A stretch of DNA of 64,000 nucleotides from an uncultured Actinomycetota bacterium (GTDB taxonomy: Bacteria; Actinomycetota; Actinomycetes; Propionibacteriales; Nocardioidaceae), in assembly GCA_963750265.1 (NCBI GenBank), contig CAVVQG010000015.1, positions 8,858 through 72,857 of the forward strand, written 5' to 3'. Below the pieces are notes generated by a model, which saw only the letters and a program-made list of their open reading frames with translations, ran no database searches and was not told where the DNA came from. Shown here one piece after another: positions 53,597 to 64,000 of this stretch. A program made the translations under genes and the position numbers. Position 1 is the first letter of the stretch, and every line of letters begins with the position of its first letter.

Positions 53597-54374
53597 GCAG
53601 GATCGCGAGCTGGCGGCTCTGCGCCACGAGGTTTCCGGCTTCATCCCAGAGCTCGCAGTCCTCCTCGTGGAAGCCGTTGATGACGTGGCGCGTCGTGAGG
53701 CGGGTGGCGAGCCAGCCGGGCACCGGCCGACGATGCATGTGCACCGTGAGCTGCACGGTCATCGACTGGAACTCGCCGATCTCCAGCACCGGTGGGGCAT
53801 AGGAATCGCACAGGAACGCCAGACCCGGAAGGTCGATCTCGCGGCCACCGGCGAGGCGCTGCCACAGCTCGACTGTCGGATCGCCACTCGGCTTGCCGTC
53901 AGCCCAGCCGGGACGTGTGGCGAGCCGGTAGTCGACGCGGTCGAAGATTCCACCCTCGGGCATGCCCTGACCACGCGGGTCGGCGCAGTCATCCGGCGCG
54001 GGCAACGCAGGAGGAGTGCCGAGCTCATGGGTCCGGCCCCCCGTTCGCGGACCGAAGCTTGCGAGAAGCTGGGCGATGTGCCGTTCGCCCTCCCAGAGCG
54101 CCGCCTCGCCGGTCTGCACTCGGCGGCCGTGTCGCAGCCCGTTCGTACGCAGCTCGGCCGGACCGGTCTCAGGTGAGGCGAGATAGGTGATCGCGGCGAC
54201 CATCGCATCGTCTGCGCCCATTTCCTCGCCCAGACCACGCAACATCGCTGCCAGGATGTACCCGCCGTTGGGCTTGCCGAGGGGCGTGTTCCAACGGTCC
54301 GTCAGGACGAGATCGCGCACACCGTCTCCACGCGGCACGGATGCGGTGTCAATGTCATAAAAGTCCTCAGCCAT
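53589..54374 (-). CDS. Double hot-dog thioesterase family protein
   Basis: PNGGY, LCD..P, TVQLTVH, VAQSRQ. Confidence 0.85.
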   Translation of the reverse strand: MAEDFYDIDTASVPRGDGVRDLVLTDRWNTPLGKPNGGYILAAMLRGLGEEMGADDAMVAAITYLASPETGPAELRTNGLRHGRRVQTGEAALWEGERHIAQLLASFGPRTGGRTHELGTPPALPAPDDCADPRGQGMPEGGIFDRVDYRLATRPGWADGKPSGDPTVELWQRLAGGREIDLPGLAFLCDSYAPPVLEIGEFQSMTVQLTVHMHRRPVPGWLATRLTTRHVINGFHEEDCELWDEAGNLVAQSRQLAILLS

Positions 54375-54425
54375 GCCGCACATACTGCCGGTCGCTCTGG
54401 ACGTCGGAAGCGGTAGCCTCGGAGT

Positions 54426-55341
54426 ATGACGTCGCCGCTCGCCACTGAGGCCGCGCCCTTCGGGCGCGTGCTGACCGCCATGGTCACGCCGTTCACCCCC
54501 GAGGGTGAGCTCGATCTCGACAGCTGCGCAGAAGGTGGCTAGCTACCTCGTCGACCAAGGCAACGACGGACTCGTCGTCAGCGGTACGACCGGCGAGTCG
54601 CCCACGACGACAGTTGCCGAAGACGGCCGGTTGCTTGCTGCCGTCATCGAAGCAGTCGGCGACAGGGCCACCGTCGTGGCTGGCGTTGGCACCAACGACA
54701 CCAGGCACTCGATCGAGCTGGCCCAGCAGGCCAAGAAGGCCGGCGCCGACGGGCTGCTCATCGTGTCGCCCTACTACAGCAAGCCGCCCCAGTCGGGCCT
54801 GCTCGCGCACTTCACCGAAGTCGCCCGGGCGGGTGATGACACACCCGTCATGTTGTACGACATCCCGGGCCGAACCGGCATCACCATCGCCGACCAGACG
54901 TACGCGGCACTGGCCGACAACCCGCTGATCGTGGCGACCAAGGACGCCGTCGGCGATCTCAACCGTGGCGCCTGGCTGATGCGCGAGACCGGCATCAAGA
55001 TCTACTCCGGCGACGACCCGGTCAACCTCCCGTGGCTCGCCATGGGCGCCAGCGGCATCGTGAGCGTGGTCAGCCATGCTGCGTCACCGCTTTACGTCGA
55101 CATGGTTGCGGCCGTCGACGCAGGCGACCTGGCCACGGCCCGCGACATCAACACCAGACTCCTCCCGCTCGTGCGGGCAATGATGACGATCACCCAGGGA
55201 GTCATCACGGCCAAGGCCGCGCTGCAGATATTGGGCGTCATCGACCATCGCACCACGCGTGCACCCCTCCCCGAAGCCACTGAAGCCGAAGTCGCGATCG
55301 TTCGCGACGGACTGGTGGCGTCGGGCCTTCTCGAAAGCTAG
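54426..55341 (+). CDS. dapA: 4-hydroxy-tetrahydrodipicolinate synthase (frameshift ~54510)
   Basis: LTAMVTPF N-terminus, GTTGES, LYDIPGRT, KDA, YSGDD. Confidence 0.94.
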
Positions 55342-55352
55342 GCCAAGTCTCA

Positions 55353-57032
55353 ATGAGCCACATGCACCTCGAACTTGATCCACCCCCCGCACTCCCGCGC
55401 GGAGCACTGCGCGTCATCCCGCTCGGCGGGCTCGGTGAGATCGGTCGCAACATGACGGTCTTCGAGTACGACGGCAAGCTGCTGGTCGTCGACTGCGGCG
55501 TGCTGTTCCCCGAAGAGCACCAGCCGGGTGTCGACCTGATCCTGCCCGACTTCGGACCGATTCGTGATCGCCTCCAGGACATCGTCGCCATCATGCTGAC
55601 GCACGGCCACGAGGACCACATCGGTGGAGTGCCGTACCTGCTTCGCGAGCGTGGCGACATCCCCGTCATCGGCTCCAAGCTGACCCTCGCGTTGCTCGAA
55701 CCCAAGCTCAAGGAGCACCGTCTCAAGGACGCTCCGACACACACCGTGGTGGAGGGCGAGACGGAGACGTTCGGCCCGTTCGAGCTCGAGTTCGTCGCGG
55801 TCAACCACTCGATCCCCGACGCCCTTGCCGTCGCGATCAAGACTCCCGCAGGCGTGGCACTGCACACCGGCGACTTCAAGATGGACCAGCTGCCGCTGGA
55901 CGGCCGCATCACCGACCTGCGCGCATTCGCACGTCTGGGCGATCAGGGTGTCGACCTGTTCCTGACCGACTCGACCAATGCCGACGTCCCGGGCTTCACG
56001 ACCTCCGAGCGCAACATCACGCCGGCGATCGACGCCGTGTTCGCCAACAGCGACCGCCGCATCATCGTGGCGTCGTTCGCCTCACACATCCACCGCGTGC
56101 AGCAGGTCATCGACGCAGCGCACAAGCACGGGCGCAAGGTTGCGTACGTCGGCCGGTCGATGGTTCGCAACATGCAGATCGCCCGCGACCTTGGCTACCT
56201 CAAAGTTCCGGACGGTGTCGTGGTCGACAAGATCGATGCCGCACCCCCGAACAAGATGGTCCTGATGTCGACAGGTTCGCAGGGCGAGCCGATGGCGGCG
56301 CTGTCGCGCATGGCCAACAACAGCCACCAGCAGGTCAGCCTCGAGCCGGGAGACACCGTCCTGCTGGCCTCGTCGCTGATCCCCGGCAACGAGAACGCGA
56401 TCTATCGCGTCATCGACGGGCTGACCAAGCTCGGCGCCAACGTCGTGCACAAGGGCAACGCGCTCGTGCACGTCTCGGGTCACGCCTCGGCCGGCGAGCT
56501 CCTGTACTGCTACAACATCGTCAAGCCGACCAACGTCTTGCCGGTGCACGGCGAGATCCGCCACCTGCACGCCAACGCCAAGCTCGCCACGGCGACGGGC
56601 GTCCCCAACGTGCTGCTCGCCGAGGACGGCTACGTCATCGACCTGGTCGACGGCCACGCCTCGATCGTCGGCGCGGTCGAGTGCGGCTACGTGTACGTCG
56701 ACGGTTCATCGGTCGGCGACCTGACCGATTCCGAGCTCAAGGACCGTCGTGTCCTGGGCGAGGAGGGGTTCATCTCGGTGGTCGTCGTGATCGACTCGAC
56801 CAACGGCAAGATCCTGTCGGGTCCGGAGATCCACGCCCGCGGCATCGCCGAGGACGACTCGGCCTTCGACGAGGTCATGCCCAAGATCGTCTCGGCACTC
56901 GAGGAGTCGCTCCGGGAAGGTGCGCACGATTCGCGCCAGCTCGAGCAGGTCATCCGCAGGGTGCTCGGCTCGTATGTCGGTCGCAAGCTGCGCCGCCGCC
57001 CGATGATCCTCCCGGTGGTCCTCGAGGCCTAA
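55353..57032 (+). CDS. rnj: Ribonuclease J
   Basis: GGLGEIGRNM, THGHEDHIG, GSQGEP, HVSGH. Confidence 0.97.
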   Translation: MSHMHLELDPPPALPRGALRVIPLGGLGEIGRNMTVFEYDGKLLVVDCGVLFPEEHQPGVDLILPDFGPIRDRLQDIVAIMLTHGHEDHIGGVPYLLRERGDIPVIGSKLTLALLEPKLKEHRLKDAPTHTVVEGETETFGPFELEFVAVNHSIPDALAVAIKTPAGVALHTGDFKMDQLPLDGRITDLRAFARLGDQGVDLFLTDSTNADVPGFTTSERNITPAIDAVFANSDRRIIVASFASHIHRVQQVIDAAHKHGRKVAYVGRSMVRNMQIARDLGYLKVPDGVVVDKIDAAPPNKMVLMSTGSQGEPMAALSRMANNSHQQVSLEPGDTVLLASSLIPGNENAIYRVIDGLTKLGANVVHKGNALVHVSGHASAGELLYCYNIVKPTNVLPVHGEIRHLHANAKLATATGVPNVLLAEDGYVIDLVDGHASIVGAVECGYVYVDGSSVGDLTDSELKDRRVLGEEGFISVVVVIDSTNGKILSGPEIHARGIAEDDSAFDEVMPKIVSALEESLREGAHDSRQLEQVIRRVLGSYVGRKLRRRPMILPVVLEA

Positions 57033-57965
57033 ATCCTTCGGTGGTCGACCCGGGGCATCCGGGGACCTCGGCGCTCGGGGCGGGCCAGCGGGCTCAGCTG
57101 GACCAGTCGTACGACCCGGAACCGGTGGCCGAGCCAAGGTGCGAGCACCTCGGCTAGCCCTGCGTCGTCGAGCCGTCGACCGACGAGTGCGGTGCCGACG
57201 TCCTTGGCCACGTGGAAGTCTCCGAACGGCACTGCGTCGGCATCGCCGAGGGCGCGTGAGCCGACTTCGGCTGCGGTCCAGACGCCGACGCCGGGGATGC
57301 TGCGCAGGCCTCGGTAGACGGCACCCGGATCTGAGGGATGCGACGCGGCCAGCCGCTCGAGCTGTGGACCGACGCGGGCTGCGGCCTGCGCAGTGCGCGC
57401 TCGTCGGGGATCGACCCCGGCAAGGTGCCACTCCCACGACGGTATCGCAGCCCACTGCTCGGCGGTGGGGAACACCCGCATGCCCGCGGGCGCCGGACCG
57501 GGTGGTGCGGCACCGAACTTGAGCGTTGAGCCGCCGCCAGGCCGCGAATGCGTCGAGGCCAACGACCCTCTGCTCGATGATCGCTGCGATCAACGCCTCG
57601 AGGACACGGCCTGTATGCGGGACCCGAAGTCCGGGGAACCTGCGCCACGCGTCGGCCAGCACGCGATGGGAGGGATCGAAGCCTGTCGGGTCGTCGTGGG
57701 CGCCCACCAGGCGGGGGAGGCCTTCCAGGAGTTCCGCCGCTCCGGCTCCCCAGGCGCGGGCCGACACGGCGCGGGGCGAGGACTGCGCGAGGACGTACGT
57801 GACGGGCCCGCTGTCCATCCTGCTGGTGTGCCACAACAGGTCACCGTCGCGCCGGGTCGTCGGGTCTCCGGGGCCGCGTCGCATCAGCGCCAACGTGCGC
57901 GCGACGTCGATGTCCTGGTCGAGGGTCAACTCGCGCGAGCGCTCGCTCTCGACTCGCCCGGGCAT
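57029..57965 (-). CDS. HhH-GPD DNA-3-methyladenine glycosylase II-like protein (frameshift ~57525)
   Basis: AIIEQRV, IPGVGVWTAAE, GDADAVPFGD. Confidence 0.85.
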
Positions 57966-58138
57966 TCACCCAGTGTGCCCGGGTGCGCCGACAGGTCGAT
58001 CGTCACAAGGTGGCCGGAGCACTCGTAACGCAAACGTCTCGCGATCGGTTAATGCCTGGGTAACATCCGGCCGCGATGGTGAACTATGCCTGCATCCGGT
58101 CGTGGTTTACGCAATTGCGGCCCTCGGGGGTGCAGACC

Positions 58139-58865
58139 ATGACGCGCAGTCTGCTGCTGTGCGCACATGGCCCGCGAGCACACGCGGTCGTGCCGCCCTC
58201 GCCGGACTGGTCAACGCAGTCCGGCGGGAGGCGCGCGATCTCGACGTGCTCGACTGCGTACGTCGACCTGCAGGAGCCGTCGATAATCAGCGCGATTGAG
58301 GCGACTTCCGGGCCGCGCGCACTCGTACCGCTGATGCTGGCGTACGACCGCGCGGTCAGCGTCGACATCGTCTGGGCCTCGCACCTCGATCCGTCGGTCA
58401 CGGTGGCGCCGCCCGCTCGGACCTGACTGGGTGCTGGCCGAGGTCGGCGTACGGCGGCTGTTCGAGGCGGGCGCCCGTGCTCGACGACACGATCGTGCTG
58501 GCAGCGGACGCGACGACCGATGAGCGGGCGCGTCGCCGACGTCGCCAAGGCGGCCCGGCTGCTCAGCGCCGTATGGGGCGGGCGAGTGCATGTCGGTGCG
58601 CTCGGGGGACCCGACACGGCGCTCAGCGAGGCGGTCGATGTCGCGCGTGCGTACGGTCGCCGAGTCGTCGTCTCGAGCTACCTCCTGACGACCGGACCGG
58701 CCCACGAGGCGATGCGCGAGTGCGGCGCGGATGTCGTCACGGACCCGCTGCTGGACAACAACCCGCCGGATCCGCGCCTCGTGGGCCTTGGTGATGGCCC
58801 GTGCTCGAGGCGAAGGCAGCTCGGCGCCGACGGATGACCTCACCGAGTGCCGTCTGGCAGACTGA
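58139..58865 (+). CDS. CbiX/sirohydrochlorin chelatase-like protein, about 6 frameshifts (assembly errors or pseudogene)
   Basis: LLLCAHG, YVDLQEPS, VPLML, PPLGPD, SYLL..G, VVTDPL recovered across frames. Confidence 0.6.
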
Positions 58866-58948
58866 CGCCAGATCGACGATTTCGGCGCTCGGCCGACACG
58901 GCGCCGGTGTGCCGCTGAAACCCTCGAGTTCTGCTTTAGCCTTTGACC

Positions 58949-61397
58949 ATGGCGACCCGAACGTCTTCCCCGCCGCGCAAGCGGCCGTCCGGTAGCCAGG
59001 CTCGAAAGAAGCCGGCAGCACGCAAGCCGCAGGCCAAGAGGCCGCAGCGACCGCGCAAGCCGCGGCGTTCCGGACCTGGCCCAATAGCTGCTGCCTTCAG
59101 CGGCCTGGTCAACTTCATGCGCACGATCTGGCTCGGCCTTGCCGGCGCTGACCGGCGCGATCGCCCGAAGCATCGGCAGCAGTGCCAAGGAGCTCGATCC
59201 CGCGCAACGGCGCGACGGCGTCGGCTTCGGCCTGCTCGGCTTCAGCATCATCGTCGCCGCGTCGGTGTGGTGGCAGATCCCCGGCCGCGTCGGCGACGCT
59301 GATCCGCACGATCACCTCCGGCAGCGTGGGCATCCTCGCGTGGGCCGTCCCGCTGCTGCTCGTCGTGATCGCCTGGCGCACGCTGCGTCATCCCGACCGC
59401 AACGGTCCGGCCGGCCGCCAGATCATCGGCTGGAGCGCGATCACCGGTGGCATCCTCGGACTCGTGCACCTCTCGCACGGCGTGCCGCGTCCCAGCGACG
59501 CCAATCCTGACGCCATGCGCGAAGCCGGCGGCGCGATCGGCTTCCTGTTCTCCGCCGTCCTCGTCGACCTGCTCAAGAGCCCGTACGTCGTGGCGCCGCT
59601 GCTGGTGCTCGTCGTCGCGTTCGGCCTGCTCGTCGTGACCAACACGCCGCTGCACGCCGTGCCCGGCCGCCTGACCGAGCTGCGCGACAAGGCGCTCGGA
59701 CGTACGCCGAGGAAGAGGTCCGAGGAGAAGCCCAAGCGGCCCAGGCACCCCAAGACCGCATGCCGTCGAGGAGTTCGAGAGCCCGCTGGTCGACGGACCC
59801 GACGAGGACCGCCAGTTCCCGCGCGCGTCTTCGAGGTCCACGAGCCCGAGCCCGACGAGGAGGTCACCGGACCGATCCGTGCGATCGAGCCGATCCCGGC
59901 CTCGGCCGAGCAGCTCGCACTCGCCAGCGACGTCATCTACACGCTGCCCGAGCCCGCGGTGCTCCGTGAGGGCTCGCCGCACAAGGCGCGCTCGGCCGCC
60001 TCCGACGCAGGTCGTCGAACGACTCACCGAGGTGCTCGAGCAGTTCCAGATCGACGCGACCGTCACGGGCTACACCCGTGGCCCGACCGTGACCCGCTAC
60101 GAGGTCGAGCTCGGCCCCGCGGTCAAGGTCGAGAAGGTCACCGCGCTGTCGCGCAACATCTCGTACGCCGTCGCGTCCGCCGAGGTGCGCATCCTGTCGC
60201 CGATCCCGGGCAAGTCCGCGATCGGTGTCGAGATCCCCAACGTCGACAAGGAGATGGTGTCGCTCGGCGACGTGCTGCGCTCCGGCAAGGCGCGCAGCGA
60301 CCATCACCCGATGGTCATCGGGCTCGGCAAGGACGTCGAGGGCGGATACGTCGTGGCCAACCTCGCCAAGATGCCGCACCTGCTCGTCGCCGGCGCGACC
60401 GGCTCGGGCAAGTCGTCGTTCGTCAACTCGATGATCGGCTCGATCCTGATGCGTTCGACGCCCGAAGAGGTGCGGATGATCCTGGTCGACCCCAAGCGGG
60501 TCGAGCTGACCGCGTACGAGGGTGTTCCGCACCTGATCACGCCGATCATCACCAACCCCAAGAAGGCCGCCGAGGCGCTGCAGTGGGTCGTCCGCGAGAT
60601 GGACATGCGTTACGACGACCTCGCCAACTTCGGCTACCGCCACATCGACGACTTCAACAAGGCCGTACGGGCAGGCAAGGTGCAGCTGCCTCCGGGCAGC
60701 GAGCGCGTGCTGGCGCCCTACCCGTACCTCCTGGTCGTCGTCGACGAGCTCGCCGACCTGATGATGGTCGCTCCGCGAGACGTCGAGGACTCGATCGTCC
60801 GCATCACCCAGCTCGCCAGAGCAGCCGGCATCCACCTGGTGCTGGCTACGCAGAGGCCTTCGGTGGATGTCGTCACCGGACTGATCAAGGCCAACGTGCC
60901 AAGTCGCCTGGCCTTCGCGACGTCATCGGTCACCGACAGCCGCGTCATCCTTGACCAGCCGGGTGCCGAGAAGCTCGTTGGACAAGGTGACGGGCTGTTC
61001 CTGCCGATGGGCCAGAACAAGGCCATGCGTATGCAGGGCGCCTGGATCACCGAGGCCGAGATCCACGCGATCGTCGAGCACTGCAAGAAGCAGCTGCAGC
61101 CGGTCTATCGCGAGGACGTGACGGCTCCGGCCGCGGCCCGACGCGAGATCGACGATGACATCGGCGACGACATGGATCTCGTCCTGCAAGCCATCGAGCT
61201 GTGCGTGACGACCCAGTTCGGCTCGACGTCGATGTTGCAGCGCAAGCTTCGCGTCGGATTCGCCAAGGCTGGTCGGTCTGATGGACATCCTCGAGAGTCG
61301 CGGGATCGTCGGACCCAGCGAAGGTTCGAAGGCGCGCGACGTGCTCATCAAGCCCGATGACCTCGAGCAGGTCCTCGCCAGCATCCAAGTCGGGTGA
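58949..61397 (+). CDS. ftsK: DNA translocase FtsK (multiple frameshifts)
   Basis: N-terminal TMs (RRDG), [30 protein letters not shown], gamma-domain [12 protein letters not shown]. Confidence 0.93.
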
Positions 61398-61841
61398 GCG
61401 CCATGCTCGAACCATTTGAGATCCGTCGACGTACGCGTCTCTTCGCCGTTCTGGGGCTGCTGTGCCTGGTGCTGGCCGCCATGCTCGGCTGGCTCGCGTA
61501 CGACCACGAGAGGGCCCTCCTGTGGGCGCCTGCGGCCGCCATGGCGCTGCTCGGGCTCGCCAACCTGTGGGGCACTCGTGATGCCCGGGCGCCGCTGTTC
61601 GTCGCAGACGATCATGGCGTCCGACTGCGTGGCCGTGAGGGCTGGGTCGGGCTGCTGTGGAGCGAGATGGCTGAGATCCGGGTCGAGCGACGTGTCGGGC
61701 TGCGCCATGATCCGCGAATCAAGGTGGTCAGTCAGCGACGGCACCCGATTCCACACGTCTCCGTTGGGTCTGGCGACCGACATCTCACCGAGCGAGGCAG
61801 AGGTTCAGTTGGCTTTGCGCCGCCCGACTGCCGCATACTGA
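61394..61841 (+). CDS. Small membrane protein with PH-like domain (frameshift ~61735)
   Basis: Two TMs then [13 protein letters not shown]; C-terminus in ORF 61416..61841. Confidence 0.55.
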
Positions 61842-61870
61842 GGGCCGGTCTTCACCAGCGAGAGGGACCC

Positions 61871-62483
61871 ATGGAAACGGCGCACCAGCCGAGCAGGCTC
61901 AACATTGCCAACGTCCTGACAGTGCTGCGCATCGCGGGCGTCCCATTGTTCGGATGGTTGCTGCTGACGCAGGACGGACAGTCGGTCGAGTTCCGGGTGT
62001 GGTCGTGGGTGGCGTTCCTGCTGCTGATGCTCACCGACAAGATCGACGGCGACCTCGCGCGCAAGCACAACCTGGTGACCAACTTCGGCAAGCTGGCCGA
62101 TCCGATCGCCGACAAGGCGCTCACCGGCATGGCGTTCGTCGGCCTCGCGATCATCTTCGACCACTGGCTGTTCTGGACCGTCACGATCATCGTGCTGGTC
62201 CGCGAGTGGGGCATCACGCTGATGCGCTTCGTGGTCAAGAAGTACGGCGTCATGCCGGCCGGCCAGAACGGCAAGATCAAGACCACGCTTCAGGCCGTCG
62301 CGATCGGTGGCTACCTGTTGCCGTTGGAGATCTGGGACAACACGTCCTCAGCGACATCCTGCGCTGGATCACCCACGGCTTCATGGCGGCAGCGTTCGCC
62401 ATCACGCGTGAGCACGGCGGTCGCCTACATACGTGATGCCCGCAAGCTGCGCCGTGACTCCAAGGCGGCTAGCTCGGTCATGA
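61871..62483 (+). CDS. pgsA: CDP-diacylglycerol--glycerol-3-phosphate 3-phosphatidyltransferase (compensating frameshifts ~62340-62410; 3' end uncertain)
   Basis: NIANVLTVLR, TDKIDGDLARK..LVTNFGKLADPIADK, GKIKT. Confidence 0.9.
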
Positions 62484-62953
62484 CGCTGGCCGACGAGGCC
62501 ATCGGTGCGCTGCGCAGGGCAGGTGCCACAGTCGCCACCGCTGAGTCGCTGACTGGTGGTCTGGTGTGTGCGACCCTGGTCAGCGTCGCCGGCGCGTCCG
62601 ACGTCGTGCTGGGCGGCATCGTGGCCTACGCGCCGCAGGCCAAGATCGACCTGCTCGGCGTTGACGCGGCGGTGATTGCCGATCGCGGGACCGTCGATGC
62701 AGACGTCGCGGCTCAGCTCGCTCTCGGTGCGCAGGATCGGTTCGCCGCGACATACGGGTTGGGCACGACGGGAGTTGCCGGTCCGGGCCCCAGCGAGGGC
62801 AAGTCGGCGGGCACAGTTCATCTGGCGATCGCGGGGCCTGAGGGCGTACGCACGACGGTGCTGCAGCTCGACGGTGACCGACACGAAGTCCGCAAGGGGG
62901 CGGTCGACGCGCTGCTGTCACAACTGGTCGCTACGCTGAGGGAAGAAACCTGA
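62480..62953 (+). CDS. cinA: CinA C-terminal domain / NMN deamidase (PncC)
   Basis: AESLTGG, GASD, TTGVAGP. Confidence 0.9.
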   Translation: MTLADEAIGALRRAGATVATAESLTGGLVCATLVSVAGASDVVLGGIVAYAPQAKIDLLGVDAAVIADRGTVDADVAAQLALGAQDRFAATYGLGTTGVAGPGPSEGKSAGTVHLAIAGPEGVRTTVLQLDGDRHEVRKGAVDALLSQLVATLREET

Positions 62954-62996
62954 TCCACCCGAGGTTGTAGGTTGTAGAGACACGGAGGAGGTGCCC

Positions 62997-63299
62997 ATGA
63001 CCGCCATGCGACAGCTGGTCGGCGAGGTACTTCGCGCGCGCCGCATCTCACAAGGCCTGACACTGCGAGACGTCTCCGGCAAGGCGCGGGTCAGCCTGGG
63101 TTACATCTCCGAGGTCGAGCGTGGACAGAAGGAGCCGAGCTCAGAGCTCCTCGCAGCGTTGGCCTCGGCGCTTGATGTTCCGCTCTCCAAGGTGCTTCTC
63201 GACGTCAGCTCGCTGCTGGAGGTCGAAGAGGCTGCTGAGGCGCACATCGCCAGCATCTCGTCCATCGCCCGCGGTGACGTTTCCGCCTCCGCAGCCTGA
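62997..63299 (+). CDS. clgR: XRE HTH transcriptional regulator, ClgR-like
   Basis: GLTLRDVS..ARVSLGYISEVERGQKEPSSELL; follows cinA. Confidence 0.8.
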   Translation: MTAMRQLVGEVLRARRISQGLTLRDVSGKARVSLGYISEVERGQKEPSSELLAALASALDVPLSKVLLDVSSLLEVEEAAEAHIASISSIARGDVSASAA

Positions 63300-63361
63300 T
63301 CCAGTACGTTCCGACGGCCCGCGAGGGCGTGACCCGGTGATGTGACTGTCGTTTACATTGC

Positions 63362-64000
63362 ATGCGCAGTGTTCGTATGGTCAGCCTTGCCGCCCTGTTC
63401 GCCGCCACCTTGGTGGCGGTTGATGCCAACCCTGACCGGTCAGCGGCTGAGGCTGCTCCACCGGGTCTGCGCGATGTCATGCTCGTCGGCAACAACTGGT
63501 CCGGCACGGCAACGATCGTCGACGCCAATACCCGCGAGGTGCTTGCGCACCGGGGTCAACTTCATCCCTGACAAGGACCAGGAGCTCGCCGACATCAAGA
63601 AGAATGCCGGCCAGCTCGCCTTCTACCTCCTGATCCAGCAGGGACCGGGGGAGGGCCACGACCAGTACGTCGACGACATGTTCACCACCAAGGACGGCAA
63701 GTACGTTGCCGTGTCGCGTCCCAGCTTTGCGGACGTGGTCTGGATCGACATCGAAAAGGCAGCTGCCGGCGACGCCGACAGCATCGTGCGCGAGCAGCAG
63801 ATGGACGGCTACCGCACCGATCACATGGGGCTGTCTCCCGACGGTCGACGACTTCTCGTGAGTGATTCGACCAAGGCGCAGGTCATCGAGTACTCGATGG
63901 TCGACGAGGTCGTCGGGACCGGCAGCAGATCAAGATGGGCGACCGGTTGCGAAGCTTTCCGTCCGGTGAGACTCCGCACGAGAACAACTACTCGCCCGAT
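63362..64000 (+). CDS. Secreted YncE/YVTN-type beta-propeller protein, partial and frameshifted
   Basis: Signal peptide, VGNNWSGTA, GEGHDQYVDDMF, RTDHMGLSPDG. Confidence 0.7.

Noticed and set aside
61394-62953. 519-aa triple fusion ORF (membrane protein-PgsA-CinA)
   Set aside because: Produced by indels: the first gene's true C-terminus is in another frame (stop 61841), and pgsA has its own ATG and RBS.

Overview
High-GC actinobacterial chromosome segment; gene content and order suggest Nocardioidaceae, possibly Aeromicrobium-like (inference). It carries the core rlmN ... dxr-rip1-ispG ... proS ... rimP-nusA-ylxR-infB-rbfA-truB ... ribF ... rpsO-pnp ... dapB ... thyA-folA ... dapA-rnj ... 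ftsK-pgsA-cinA-clgR backbone. Accessory blocks include polyamine/GABA catabolism, a two-component system with an ABC exporter, GH3/SGNH hydrolases, ceramidase/kynureninase and a CebR-controlled cellobiose ABC operon. Many housekeeping genes carry single-base frameshifts that look like assembly errors. I saw no tRNA, rRNA, IS element or CRISPR array. Top candidates for undescribed systems: (1) the infB leader (25910-26067), a relay of stop/start-overlapping micro-ORFs ending on two mutually exclusive hairpins, one of which hides the infB Shine-Dalgarno, which could be a re-initiation-sensing IF2 autoregulatory switch; (2) a two-gene operon (2158-4019) of a DEDDh 3'-5' exonuclease and an unannotated Pol-beta-like nucleotidyltransferase. 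Also notable are an EchA6-like non-catalytic crotonase coupled to a truncated AMP-binding protein, and an 18-codon internally deleted amphi-Trp minigene.
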